The notes: generated by a model from the sequence alone, not told the origin. 64,000 nt of DNA from Bdellovibrionales bacterium (GCA_965242635.1 OZ251471.1:1893662-1957661), one strand, 5' to 3'. Counted from the first letter of the stretch, positions 49,794 through 59,732 are shown. Numbers and translations are program-made.

Positions 49794-50122
49794 TATTGTT
49801 ATATCATTTTGAACATGGAATCAACAAAAAAGTGGGATATTTCTCCATGCCTTCAGACCTTATGTGTAATATTTTCACACTTTTGTCCAATTTTTATGTG
49901 CTGGCCCCGGTTTTGGACACTGATCCACCCCTTTTTGAGGGTCATGGCTTTTTTTAAGCTTTTTTTTGACAATCCAGCCAAGCTTTGCTACAAACAATAA
50001 GAAAACATGAAATCCATGCCCCCGCCTGTGAGCGGGAGTTATACTGAATCTTGTTTGAAAATGCATGTTTCACATATACAGGCAAAAGCCCTGCATTGGA
50101 TAAATTTGAAGGTTTTTGAGAT

Positions 50123-50866
50123 ATGAAAAAATGTTTGTTGATTTTTTTGCTTCACGCCCATGCCTTTGGGGCTTTTGGAGACTGCTCTTCTGCTTTTGCC
50201 GGTCGGTTGGCGACTTTTGCCCAGTCGAAGTGGAATCCTGTGAACTGGTTTAAGGACCCTGTTATATCATGCGATTACAGCAAAGCGGATTTTGAGCAAA
50301 ATCCCCAAAGCCAAAAAATAGTGTTCAGGAGTCAAAGTCAGGAATTGATTGTAATAGATGAAGGCCATGTTTTTAAAAAATCCAAAACCACTAACTTTGA
50401 ATGGCGTTATATAGAAGACACATCCTCGGTTCAGGCTATTTTGTTATATAAAAACAGTCTCATAGCTTTAAGAACTGATGGAGATATTTTTATTCTGTCA
50501 GAAGAAGAGGAAAAAACATACGGATGGTTGAAGATAGGAAATTCAGCCAGTAAAATACTTTCCACTGATCAGGATCTTTTCGCTTTGGTTAAGAATCGAC
50601 TGTGGATATACAAGGGAGCACCGGAAGAGGACACAATAACTTTTTCCATGGTACCTGTGTACATCGGATCTATAAACGATACACCCACCACAACTTTAAT
50701 AATGGTCCCCCAGTCCGGGGGGCGGAAAGTGGCTTTTGAAAAAAGCCCTGTCAAAGACCTTGCTGATATTTCACTGGACTTGGAGAATCAGGATCTGAAA
50801 TTGACTTTTAAAAATGGCACCACAGCCCTTTACTATAGAGACCTTCAAGGGGAGGGGAAAGGGTAG
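50123..50866 (+). CDS. Secreted hypothetical protein (beta-rich, possibly propeller-like)
   Basis: Signal peptide; WxxI repeats; a repeat C unit in frame at 50193-50226. Confidence 0.8.
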   Translation: MKKCLLIFLLHAHAFGAFGDCSSAFAGRLATFAQSKWNPVNWFKDPVISCDYSKADFEQNPQSQKIVFRSQSQELIVIDEGHVFKKSKTTNFEWRYIEDTSSVQAILLYKNSLIALRTDGDIFILSEEEEKTYGWLKIGNSASKILSTDQDLFALVKNRLWIYKGAPEEDTITFSMVPVYIGSINDTPTTTLIMVPQSGGRKVAFEKSPVKDLADISLDLENQDLKLTFKNGTTALYYRDLQGEGKG

Positions 50867-52686
50867 CGCCAGCCCCGGTCAAAAGAGTGGCTTTTGATTT
50901 TTAAAACAGGAGGGGATTGCTTTCTTTTGAACTGGTTTTTTATCAGCCTTTGAAATATTTGTTTTTCAAAAGCCGTCCTGGGATCTTGTGTCTGCTCTAT
51001 CAGCTTTTTTAAAATGGGGTCCAGTGTTTTGTAAGGAGGCAGGTCGTCTTCATCCTTTTGGTTTTTGGTCAGCTCTGCAGAAGGGGGCCGGCGAATAATA
51101 ACAGAGGGCACTTCAAACCACCGGGCCAGAGCATAAACTTCTGTTTTAAAAAGATCCCCTATGGGCAAAAGCCCTCCTGTGAGATCTCCGTATAAAGTGC
51201 CGTAACCCAAGGCCAGCTCACTCTTGTTGGCTGTTCCCAACAACAGGCTTTTGGGGTTTTGATTGGCATAAGCCATAAGAAACATACTTCTCAAGCGGGC
51301 CTGAATATTTTGTTTGGTGATGTCGGCCAGAGGCCTTTTTTTATTTGGCTGGCCGGGGGCTTTTTGAGATGGCTCGCTGGTGAGATCCGGCTGGCTTTTT
51401 TTGTCAAAAGCGGGCATCGGCCCCCCTGCAAGGGAGCTTGAGGACATACAGCGTTCCGTGAAGGTGTAAAGCTCTTCAATACTTTGGACGACCAAAGGGC
51501 AGTTGAGTTTTTGTGCCATTTTGTTCACCCCTGTTTTGGACAGGGAAGAGGTCCAGGGGCCGGGCAAAAAAAACAACCGGACTTTTTTCGCACTTAGGGC
51601 CTCACAGGCGAGGCAGGCTGTGACCGCCGAATCCAGCCCTCCACTCAAACCCAAGTGGCCCCCCTCAAAGCCATTTTTTTTTGCAAACTCCCTTAAGCCA
51701 AAAATAAGAGCTTGAGCTGTTTTTGTTGATGTGGACAAAGCTTTGGAAAGCTTTTTTGGCTTTGTGGTTTTGTGCATAAAGCTTTTCCGTGGTTCTGCCT
51801 GCCTCACAGTTTCTGCTTGCCCTGATGGTTCTGCCCTCGGGGTGGGCAAAATTTGCCCTGATGGTTCTGCCTGCCTTGTGAGTTCTGCCATCGGCTGTTT
51901 CAAACCTTTTGGAGCAGAGGCCTCCCGCCGGGGCAAATCAAACACATGCAGGTTTTCCTCAAAGAATGGACTCTGGTGGATAAGCTGTCCCTCGCTGTTC
52001 AGGATAAAGCTTCCTCCATCAAAAATCAGCTCCTCCTGCCCTCCCACCATGTTCACATACATAAGGGGGCACCCATGTTGCTTTGTCCATTTTTGAGCTG
52101 TTTTCAGCCGTTTTTCGAATTTGGCAAGATCAAAAGGGGAGGCATTGAGACTGAGGATTAAGTCCGGTTTTTGTTTCATGGGAACAAGTATATCCAGGTT
52201 TTGCCACAGCTCTTCGCAGATTAAAATTTGACAACACCACCCATGAAAGACAAAAATATTTTCCTTCACATTTCCTTTGCTAAAATATCTTTTTTCATCA
52301 AACACATCATAGTCAGCCAAGTATTCTTTTGAAAACATTTTGGCAGGCTTGTTTTTTTGCAGTAAAAAAACAGAATTAAAAGGAAAAAGATCTGATTCTG
52401 CAACACTTTTTGATCCAGGGGTTCTGCCCGGTCCCATGCCTCCCATTAGAACCGTCATACCTTCCGGAATATGTTTATGAATATTTTTCAGAGCTTTTTT
52501 TGTATCTTGCAAAAAAAAAGGACGGCTGAGAAAATCCAGAGGAGGGTAGCCGTTCAGAGCCATTTCCGGAAAAATCAAAAGCCTGACCTTTTGCCGGCCA
52601 GCCTTTTTGATGTACTCTTTTATTTTTTGTTCGTTGAAGGGGATATTTCCCGTCCAGGAATTGATTTGTGCCAAAGCGATTTTCAT
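50845..52686 (-). CDS. nadE: Glutamine-dependent NAD+ synthetase
   Basis: Nitrilase triad (FPE, K, ICE), SGGLDS, NIQARLR and GYGTLYGD motifs. Confidence 0.96.
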   Translation of the reverse strand: MKIALAQINSWTGNIPFNEQKIKEYIKKAGRQKVRLLIFPEMALNGYPPLDFLSRPFFLQDTKKALKNIHKHIPEGMTVLMGGMGPGRTPGSKSVAESDLFPFNSVFLLQKNKPAKMFSKEYLADYDVFDEKRYFSKGNVKENIFVFHGWCCQILICEELWQNLDILVPMKQKPDLILSLNASPFDLAKFEKRLKTAQKWTKQHGCPLMYVNMVGGQEELIFDGGSFILNSEGQLIHQSPFFEENLHVFDLPRREASAPKGLKQPMAELTRQAEPSGQILPTPRAEPSGQAETVRQAEPRKSFMHKTTKPKKLSKALSTSTKTAQALIFGLREFAKKNGFEGGHLGLSGGLDSAVTACLACEALSAKKVRLFFLPGPWTSSLSKTGVNKMAQKLNCPLVVQSIEELYTFTERCMSSSSLAGGPMPAFDKKSQPDLTSEPSQKAPGQPNKKRPLADITKQNIQARLRSMFLMAYANQNPKSLLLGTANKSELALGYGTLYGDLTGGLLPIGDLFKTEVYALARWFEVPSVIIRRPPSAELTKNQKDEDDLPPYKTLDPILKKLIEQTQDPRTAFEKQIFQRLIKNQFKRKQSPPVLKIKSHSFDRGWRYPFPSP

Positions 52687-53900
52687 TTTTTAATCTCTGG
52701 GAGAGCTTTTTTTATCAGATGATTTATTGTTTTTGCCTTTAGCAGGGACCTTTTCAGATTTTGATAAATGTCCTCATCCTTGATTTGGTTTATGTTGTTT
52801 TGTTTCATGTAGAGCTGGATTTCACGGGGAGACACAGTAAAGTCAAGCTTTTTGATCAGGTCAGTCAGAAGATAATGAGAATGCACGGCAAAACGTGCCT
52901 CTTTTTCAAAAACAAGGTGCTCTTTCTGAATGGCCTTTTTTATATCCTCTTCTTTTATGCCATTTTGCTTCATAATTTCGATCACTTCGGATTTCAATAA
53001 CTGTTTTTGTTTGTCCACTATTTTTTCCGGCAAAAGGGGCAGAGGGTATTTTTTGGTCAACTGTGTTAATATCTCATCCTCCATTTTCTCCTGCTGTTTT
53101 TGTCTCTTTTTATTCTCATGGGCCAAGCGGATAAACATTTTCATATCCTTCAGGCTTTTGTAGCCACAGATTTTTGCAAAATTGTCATCTATGGTTTTGT
53201 CTGCTTCAGTTTTGTCTGTTTCAGTTTTGTCTGTTTCAGTTTTGTCTGTTTCAGTTTTGTCCACATTGGCCAGGTTCACAGTGACTTTTTTCACATTGGC
53301 TATGTGTTGCCATCTTTTCATGCTCTCCTCTATTTCTTTTTCCTCCACTTTTATGGGAGGGGGGGGGGAAAGAGAGGGTGTGAAGTTTTTGTCCACATCC
53401 ACTTCGGGCTGGATTTCCACTGTAAAATAAAAGGTCCAGGCTTTGTTTTCCTCTATGGGGGATTTAAATTGCATTTCAGGCTGAAAAGCAGGGCTGAGGC
53501 CAGTGGTCTTTATGGCCTTGGGGTAAAACTCCTGTATAAGATCCAACAGGCTTTCCTGTTTCACTTTCTCCTGATAATGCTGGCGGATATACGACATGGG
53601 GGCTTTGCCTTTTCTGTATCCATGGATATGGGCTTGTTTTTGCATTTTTTTGTAATTTTTATCAAAAGCTTTTCTCACTTCTTCAAGAGAGACATGAATA
53701 TCCACTTGTCTCTCAAGGTCTTTGAAATTTTTTACCTCATAATTCACCCCCGTGTCGGGGGGGACAAAATCGCCACGGCTGTCCTCTTCGTTCGTGACTT
53801 TAGGTTTTTGATTGTGACCCTCTGCTGTTGTCTTCATTTCTCCTGTGTCGGGGGGGACAAAGTCGCCACGGCTGTCGTCTCCGTTTAATGTTATCTTCAT
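52683..53900 (-). CDS. tig: Trigger factor lacking the FKBP domain, with N-terminal repeat D copies
   Basis: GYRKGKAP ribosome-binding motif, DDNFAK and a helical C-domain. Confidence 0.88.
   Translation of the reverse strand: MKITLNGDDSRGDFVPPDTGEMKTTAEGHNQKPKVTNEEDSRGDFVPPDTGVNYEVKNFKDLERQVDIHVSLEEVRKAFDKNYKKMQKQAHIHGYRKGKAPMSYIRQHYQEKVKQESLLDLIQEFYPKAIKTTGLSPAFQPEMQFKSPIEENKAWTFYFTVEIQPEVDVDKNFTPSLSPPPPIKVEEKEIEESMKRWQHIANVKKVTVNLANVDKTETDKTETDKTETDKTEADKTIDDNFAKICGYKSLKDMKMFIRLAHENKKRQKQQEKMEDEILTQLTKKYPLPLLPEKIVDKQKQLLKSEVIEIMKQNGIKEEDIKKAIQKEHLVFEKEARFAVHSHYLLTDLIKKLDFTVSPREIQLYMKQNNINQIKDEDIYQNLKRSLLKAKTINHLIKKALPEIKK
53746..53885 (-). repeat. Two copies of repeat D at the 5' end of tig
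   Basis: Encode NGDDSRGDFVPPDTG and VTNEEDSRGDFVPPDTG. Confidence 0.92.
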
Positions 53901-55168
53901 TTTATATCTCCAGTCCCGGTCAGGGAAAAAAAAGGAACAATTTGGCCCAAAGGAACAGATTGTTGGCTTTCTTTGTCCAAATTTTTAACAGACAGATTTT
54001 TGGTTTTGATCTCTTCCGGTCCAAAAATAATGGCATGCCGGGCCTTTATCTGAACAGCTCTCTTCATTTTTTTGCTTAAACTGCCGGTGGAGCGGGGATG
54101 AAACACTGTTAAGCCGGCCTGTCGCAGATCCCAGGCCAGCTTCAAAGCCAGTTTTTCCGCCTCCTCGCCCAAAGGCACAAGAGCAATGGGTCTTGTGATA
54201 TCATCTTTGTGTTGAATTAAAAATCGAATTCTCTCCACGCCTGCCCCCCAACCCACACCGTGGACTCTGTCCCCTCCATCGGCCATTATTTCTATCAGGC
54301 GATCGTAACGTCCCCCAGCCAGCACTGTGTTTTGAGCCCCTGTTTTTTTGGGGCTGGCCTTAAATTCAAACACGGAGTGGTTGTAATAGTCCAGGCCTCG
54401 CACCAATAAAGGGTTAATGGTGTAGGGAATACCCAATCTGTTCAGACCTTCTTTTGTTTGGGCAAAAAAATCCCTGGAGCGGGGATTGAGAAAATCCTGT
54501 ATGGAGGGGGCAGAAGGCAAAAGCTCCTGATCCTGTTCCTCTTTGGAGTCCAAAATCCTCAAAGGGTTGGTTTTTAAGCGCCGGCGGCTGTCGGGGCTGA
54601 GCTTGTTTTTGAGGGGCTTCAGGTAGTCCACCAATGCCTTTCGATGCTTTTCACGGCTTTCCACATCCCCAATGCTGTTGATCTCCAGTGTCAGCTCTTT
54701 TTCTATCTTCAGGTGTTTGAAAAACAGGCAGGCCAGGGAAATACATTCCACATCCCCTCTGTGAGTGGGTTCCCCCAAAAGCTCCACACCCACAGTGTGA
54801 AACTGCCTTAAACGGCCTTTTTGTGGTCTCTCATAGCGGAACATGGGGCCCTGATAAAAAAATCTCAAAGGGAGCTGTTGATGAAGTTTTTCTGTAATAA
54901 AATGGCGGGCCACGCCGGCGGTCCCCTCCGGGCGGAGAGTCAGGCTTTCCCCACTTCGGTCAGGGAAAGTAAACATCTCCTTGTTCACAATATCAGACTC
55001 CTCCCCAAGAGTTCGGCTGAATATTTGTGTGGATTCCAAAATGGGAGTGGCCATTTCCTGAAAACAAAACTGGCGGGCTGTTTTTCTGGCCATATCCACA
55101 ATAAAGTTATGCCCGGCCATAGAAGAGGCTTTTAAATCCTCTGTGCCACGCGGTTTTTTTATAGACAT
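53897..55168 (-). CDS. hisS: Histidine--tRNA ligase
   Basis: PRGTED, LRPEGTA, FRYERPQKGR, RGLDYY and GGRYD motifs. Confidence 0.97.
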   Translation of the reverse strand: MSIKKPRGTEDLKASSMAGHNFIVDMARKTARQFCFQEMATPILESTQIFSRTLGEESDIVNKEMFTFPDRSGESLTLRPEGTAGVARHFITEKLHQQLPLRFFYQGPMFRYERPQKGRLRQFHTVGVELLGEPTHRGDVECISLACLFFKHLKIEKELTLEINSIGDVESREKHRKALVDYLKPLKNKLSPDSRRRLKTNPLRILDSKEEQDQELLPSAPSIQDFLNPRSRDFFAQTKEGLNRLGIPYTINPLLVRGLDYYNHSVFEFKASPKKTGAQNTVLAGGRYDRLIEIMADGGDRVHGVGWGAGVERIRFLIQHKDDITRPIALVPLGEEAEKLALKLAWDLRQAGLTVFHPRSTGSLSKKMKRAVQIKARHAIIFGPEEIKTKNLSVKNLDKESQQSVPLGQIVPFFSLTGTGDIK

Positions 55169-55189
55169 ACAAGACTCTGTGTTTTTGTT

Positions 55190-55445
55190 CTTATACTGAT
55201 CTTTGCTCTTTTGTAAACCTTCTTGGATATTTTAACATTCCTGCCTGCTTACTGTTCAGAAGGTAGTTTCTTTTTTGGGTGCCAGCAGGAACAAGTTTTC
55301 ATGTGCCAATTTTCCTTATAGCAGGAAAAAGACCCAAAAACAGTAGCACCCCTTTCAAAAGGCAAACCCCGTTTGGTTTAAAAAAGTGGTCACATGTTAA
55401 ACCAAAAAAACCACTTGTCAAGCTGTTATACTGATCTTGTTTAAA
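55190..55445. repeat. Fragments of repeat A in the hisS-uppS spacer
   Basis: tatactgatctt twice, plus agtagcacccctttcaaaa...gtttggttta. Confidence 0.65.
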
Positions 55446-55449
55446 AAAA

Positions 55450-56304
55450 TCAGGCAGGGCTGTTTTTTTCCAGCCCCCTGTTGTTTTTGAAGGGCAGAGC
55501 ACCAAACCGGCGGGGTGTTTGTTCATAATGCTCCAGGGCCCGGGTCAGCTCCTTTTCGTCAAAGTCCGGCCACAGTGTCTGGCTGATGTAAATTTCTGAA
55601 TAAGCCGAACCCCACAGGTAAAAATTGGAAAGCCGGCTCACCCCCCCTGTTCGTATAATCATGTCCGGTGGAGGAAACAAAGAGGAAGGGAGGTGAGTGG
55701 CAAAATTTTCCTCGTTTATGTCTTCTGGTTTTATATCCCCTGTTTTAATTTTTTGGGCCAAAGACCTCACTGCCTGAACAATCTCACTTCTGCCTCCATA
55801 ATTTACGGCCACAATCAAATTCAGGCCCTGATGATTTTGTGTGTCCTCCATCATTTTTTGAAAGAGTTTGCTTGTCGGATTGTTGAGTTTTGCCAGATCC
55901 CCCAAAACATGCAGACGCACCTGATATTTTTGAAAATCCTTTTTATAGTGGGTGAGGGCCCGGCCCATAAGTTTCATGATAAGAGATACCTCTTTTGCAG
56001 GTCTTTTCCAGTTTTCTGTGCTGAAAGCAAACACAGTCAGATAAGGGATACCGAGGTCAGAGCAATTTTTAATCATTCGGTAGAGGGCCCGGACACCCTG
56101 AAAATGACCAAAAAAGCGGGGCTGTCCTTTTTGAGTGGCCCAACGCCCATTGCCATCCATAATGACAGCCAAATGCCTCACCGCCGAGTCGGCGGAGACA
56201 AAGTCGACGCGGCTGTCGTCTCCGTTCGTGACCCCCGTGTCGGGGGGGGCAAAGTTTTTTTTAGACTTTTTTAAGTTCACTGATTTTTTTGTTTGAGAGA
56301 GCAT
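55450..56304 (-). CDS. uppS: Undecaprenyl diphosphate synthase (start uncertain)
   Basis: IMDGNGRW, AFSTENWKR, NYGGR, IRTGG and RLSNF motifs. Confidence 0.96.
   Translation of the reverse strand: MLSQTKKSVNLKKSKKNFAPPDTGVTNGDDSRVDFVSADSAVRHLAVIMDGNGRWATQKGQPRFFGHFQGVRALYRMIKNCSDLGIPYLTVFAFSTENWKRPAKEVSLIMKLMGRALTHYKKDFQKYQVRLHVLGDLAKLNNPTSKLFQKMMEDTQNHQGLNLIVAVNYGGRSEIVQAVRSLAQKIKTGDIKPEDINEENFATHLPSSLFPPPDMIIRTGGVSRLSNFYLWGSAYSEIYISQTLWPDFDEKELTRALEHYEQTPRRFGALPFKNNRGLEKNSPA
56181..56254 (-). repeat. About 1.5 tandem copies of repeat D (51-bp period) at the 5' end of uppS
   Basis: Encodes FAPPDTGVTNGDDSRVDFVSADSA. Confidence 0.9.
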
Positions 56305-56821
56305 TGATCTTGTCTATAAATTGATCTGTTGTGTCCTGAATGTCCTGTTCTGTGTCTTTTTCCAAATCTTCGCTGATTTGTTTTTCCTTGAGTGCTTTTC
56401 TGACTTTTTCGTTCATCATTTTTCGAATTTGCCGGAATTCCACACGTGCCTTTTCCATATCTTTTTTAAAGGCCCGGATAATCTCCTCTCTTCTCTCTTC
56501 TGTCAGTTCCGGCACCCGAAGGCGAATGACTTTTTTGTCCCTTTGGGGGGTCATGTTCAAATCACTTTTGATGATGGCGGATTCAATGTCTTTTATGGTG
56601 TTTTGATCATAAGGGGATATTACGAGAGAGCGACTGTCCGGACAGGTGATGCCAGCTATATGTTTCAGCTCCTGTTCACTGCCATAAGAGGACACCCTAA
56701 TCCCTTCCAGCAAAGAGCTGTGGGCAGAACCTGTGCGGATTTTCTGCACTTTGTCCTGAATATGCTGAAAAGCAGTCTGCATTCTCTCTTTTGTTTCTTT
56801 TTTTATTGGTTCTGTGTCCAT
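56261..56821 (-). CDS. frr: Ribosome recycling factor
   Basis: IRTGSA, ISPYD and PELTEERR motifs. Confidence 0.96.
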   Translation of the reverse strand: MDTEPIKKETKERMQTAFQHIQDKVQKIRTGSAHSSLLEGIRVSSYGSEQELKHIAGITCPDSRSLVISPYDQNTIKDIESAIIKSDLNMTPQRDKKVIRLRVPELTEERREEIIRAFKKDMEKARVEFRQIRKMMNEKVRKALKEKQISEDLEKDTEQDIQDTTDQFIDKINALSNKKISELKKV

Positions 56822-56851
56822 TTTTACTCCTTTTGGTCTTTTATTTGGATT

Positions 56852-57559
56852 TTATCCGCTGTGGATAAAAGTGCCCAGTTTCTCCCCCTTGAGGAGTTTT
56901 AAAATATTGCCTTTTTCCCTTAAATTAAAAATAATAAGAGGCATTTTGTTGTCCATGCAAAGGGAAATGGCCGTGGAATCCATAACCTTGATATTCTGAT
57001 TTAACACATCAATGTATTTTAATTTTGTGTATTTTTTGGCCTTGCTGTTTTTTTCCGGATCCATATCATAAACCCCATCCACTTTGGTGGCTTTCAGCAG
57101 GATTTCGGCATTCATTTCCATGGCCCTGAGGGCGGAGGCCGTGTCGGTTGTAAAGTAAGGGTTGCCTGTGCCGGCAGAAAAAATAACAATACGGTTTTTT
57201 TGTAAGTGACGCAAAGCTTTCCGGCGGATATAAGGCTCAGCCACCTGGGAAATGGGAAAAGCGGTTTGCACCCGTGTTTCCACCCCTTTTTGTTCCAGGG
57301 CGTTTTGCAGGGCCAGGGCGTTGATACAGGTGGCCAGCATGCCCATATAATCTGAACTGGCCCGATCCATCCCTTTGGATTCTTCAGACATGCCACGAAA
57401 TATATTGCCCCCGCCCACCACCAAAGCGATTTGCGTGCCCCCTTTTCGTGCCTCGGCCAGCTCCTCTGCCACACGGGACACAGTGGGGGGATGGATGCCA
57501 AAACTTTTGTCTCCGCATAAAATCTCTCCACTGATTTTGATCAAAATTCTTTTATACAT
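56852..57559 (-). CDS. pyrH: UMP kinase
   Basis: [13 protein letters not shown] and [10 protein letters not shown] motifs. Confidence 0.97.
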   Translation of the reverse strand: MYKRILIKISGEILCGDKSFGIHPPTVSRVAEELAEARKGGTQIALVVGGGNIFRGMSEESKGMDRASSDYMGMLATCINALALQNALEQKGVETRVQTAFPISQVAEPYIRRKALRHLQKNRIVIFSAGTGNPYFTTDTASALRAMEMNAEILLKATKVDGVYDMDPEKNSKAKKYTKLKYIDVLNQNIKVMDSTAISLCMDNKMPLIIFNLREKGNILKLLKGEKLGTFIHSG

Positions 57560-57689
57560 GCTGTATTTGTGATCCTGTAGTTATAAACTCATCCATAAAA
57601 ACAAGGCAGACTCCCGCTTTCGCGGAACACTCTGTGTCCTTCACTTTGTATCCTTCGCTTTGAGCATGCTCAAAGCAGACAGCTCATGT

Positions 57690-58292
57690 TTATTTTTCCC
57701 CCATTTCAAATCGCACAAACCGCCGAATCACTATGTTTTCCCCCAATTTGGCCATCATTTCTTTCAGACTTTTTTCCACTGTTTTTGGAGAATCGCTTTG
57801 CATGGTGGGCAAAAACATTTGTTCCGTAAGGCAGACTTCAGAGCACCATTTTTTTATCCGGCCTTCGGCTATTTTGTCTGCTATGGCCTCTTTTTTTCCC
57901 TCCCTCAGGGCCTGTTCCCTGAATATGGCTCTTTCTTTTTCCAAAGTGGCCTCCGGGATGTCTTTTTTTTGAATAAAAAGAGGGTTCATGGCAGTGATAT
58001 GGAGGCATAATTGGTGGGTGAAAGTTTTGAAGTCCTCCCCACGGGCCGCAAAATCGGTTTCCACACTCACCTCCACCAAGACACCAATACGCCCTTCACC
58101 ATGTGTGTAAGTGGCCACCCGGCCCTGTTTGGCCTCTCTCGTTGTCTTTTTTTCTGCACGGGCCAGGCCTCTTTTTTTAAGCCATTCCAAGGCCTGATCC
58201 CAATTTTGCCGGGATTCTTCAAGAGCGTTTTGGCAGTCCAGGATACCAGCACCAGTCTGTGCTCTTAATTTTTTAATGGTTTCAAGACTCAT
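57690..58292 (-). CDS. tsf: Elongation factor Ts (short form)
   Basis: LRAQTGAG, ETDFAAR and GENIVIRRFVR motifs. Confidence 0.96.
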   Translation of the reverse strand: MSLETIKKLRAQTGAGILDCQNALEESRQNWDQALEWLKKRGLARAEKKTTREAKQGRVATYTHGEGRIGVLVEVSVETDFAARGEDFKTFTHQLCLHITAMNPLFIQKKDIPEATLEKERAIFREQALREGKKEAIADKIAEGRIKKWCSEVCLTEQMFLPTMQSDSPKTVEKSLKEMMAKLGENIVIRRFVRFEMGEK

Positions 58293-59454
58293 CGGGGACT
58301 TTCCTTTTTATCAGGGTTTTATTTTTGCCCTGAAGAACCTGATTCTTTTCTTTTGTGGCACCTGGTGTTTTGCTTTTTGTTTCTTTTGTGCTGTGGTCAG
58401 GGCTTTGGTTCCCGTTTTTTTTGTTTGTGGCGACGGAGTCGGCTTTTTTTGCATTCATATTGGATTCAGAAGAGCTTGTATCTTCTCCTGTGGATTGTTC
58501 CTGTTCTGAATCGGCAGGGCCTTTTTCCAGCTCCATGGAGATCTCCACATCATCTGCTGTGCCCACTGCCACCAACTTTCTCTCTCTGGCCTGGACCACG
58601 ACCACAGTGGGGATTTCCTGTGTTTTTTCTGAAGGTTTGACTTCAGCTTTTGGAGGTTTTCTCTCCGGTTGTTTGTCGGGCTTCGAGATTCTTTTTTGCC
58701 TTAAATTGTCCTTGTGTATTTGACTGCCTTTGATACAGGCTGAGCAGACCATATTGATAAACATGGAGATGGAGCGGATGGCGTCATCGTTTCCGGGAAT
58801 GGGCCAGTGGATTTTTTCCGGGTCGCAGTTGGTGTCCACTAAAGCCACCACGGGCACATGGAGTTTCAAAGCTTCTGCCACAGCTATATGCTCCCTGTTT
58901 ATATCCACTACAAAGAGGGCGGCAGGGACTTGTTTCATGTCCCGGATGCCTTCCAGATAGTCCTTGAGCCGGATATATTCCTTTTCCATACGTGCTCTCT
59001 CTTTTTTGGAATAGGATTCCATGTCCCCTCTTTCTTTCATCTGCTCCATTTTCTTCATGCGATCGATGCTGACTTTAATGGTTTCAAAATTGGTCAGGGT
59101 GCCCCCCAGCCATCTTTTACTGACATAAAATTGCCCGGCCCGGATGGCGGACTCACGAATAAGAGGCATGGCCTGTTTTTTGGTGCCCACAAACAGGAAT
59201 CGCCCGCCTTGGGCGGTCACACTTTCCACAAAATCCAAAGCTTTTTTGGTCATGCTGAGGGTCTTTTGCAGGTTTATGATATGGATACCCCCTCTGGCCG
59301 TATATACATAAGGCTTCATTTTGGGGTTCCATTTTTGGATTTGGTGGCCAAAATGCACCCCCGCGTCCAGCATGCTTTTGATATTCAGTTGTGTTTCCAT
59401 GTGTTTTTGTGTTTCCATGTGTTTTTGTGTTTCCATGTGTTTTTGTGTTTCCAC
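58282..59454 (-). CDS. rpsB: 30S ribosomal protein S2 with a repeated start region and a long C-terminal tail
   Basis: AGVHFGH, WNPKM, RWLGGTLTN, DTNCDP and PGNDDA motifs. Confidence 0.96.
   Translation of the reverse strand: METQKHMETQKHMETQKHMETQLNIKSMLDAGVHFGHQIQKWNPKMKPYVYTARGGIHIINLQKTLSMTKKALDFVESVTAQGGRFLFVGTKKQAMPLIRESAIRAGQFYVSKRWLGGTLTNFETIKVSIDRMKKMEQMKERGDMESYSKKERARMEKEYIRLKDYLEGIRDMKQVPAALFVVDINREHIAVAEALKLHVPVVALVDTNCDPEKIHWPIPGNDDAIRSISMFINMVCSACIKGSQIHKDNLRQKRISKPDKQPERKPPKAEVKPSEKTQEIPTVVVVQARERKLVAVGTADDVEISMELEKGPADSEQEQSTGEDTSSSESNMNAKKADSVATNKKNGNQSPDHSTKETKSKTPGATKEKNQVLQGKNKTLIKRKVPDES
59389..59454 (-). repeat. 18-bp tandem repeat spanning the rpsB start codon (METQKH)
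   Basis: rtggaaacacaaaaacac x3 plus a partial copy. Confidence 0.95.
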
Positions 59455-59732
59455 GGGTTTTTCCCTCAAGGCTCAAATTTCATTATTTCCAGCAAAAAGC
59501 CCATTATGTCAAAAAAAAAAGAGCCTGCCAACAAAAAAAAAGGTTCTTCCCGGAAATTTATGGGTAAAAAAGAGCAATTAATGATTTTTCCTATAGTGGT
59601 TGCAATGTGAATGAAAAGGGCAATCTGGGCATTGTGGATTGCCTGCTTTGCCTGCCTTGCCCCCCTCAACCACACCACCACCATCACCAAAAGCCACAAA
59701 GTGGCTCGCAATTGGTCACACGGCGAACTGGC

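Noticed and set aside
57690-58292. Truncated EF-Ts
   Set aside because: The ~200-aa short form is a known natural variant
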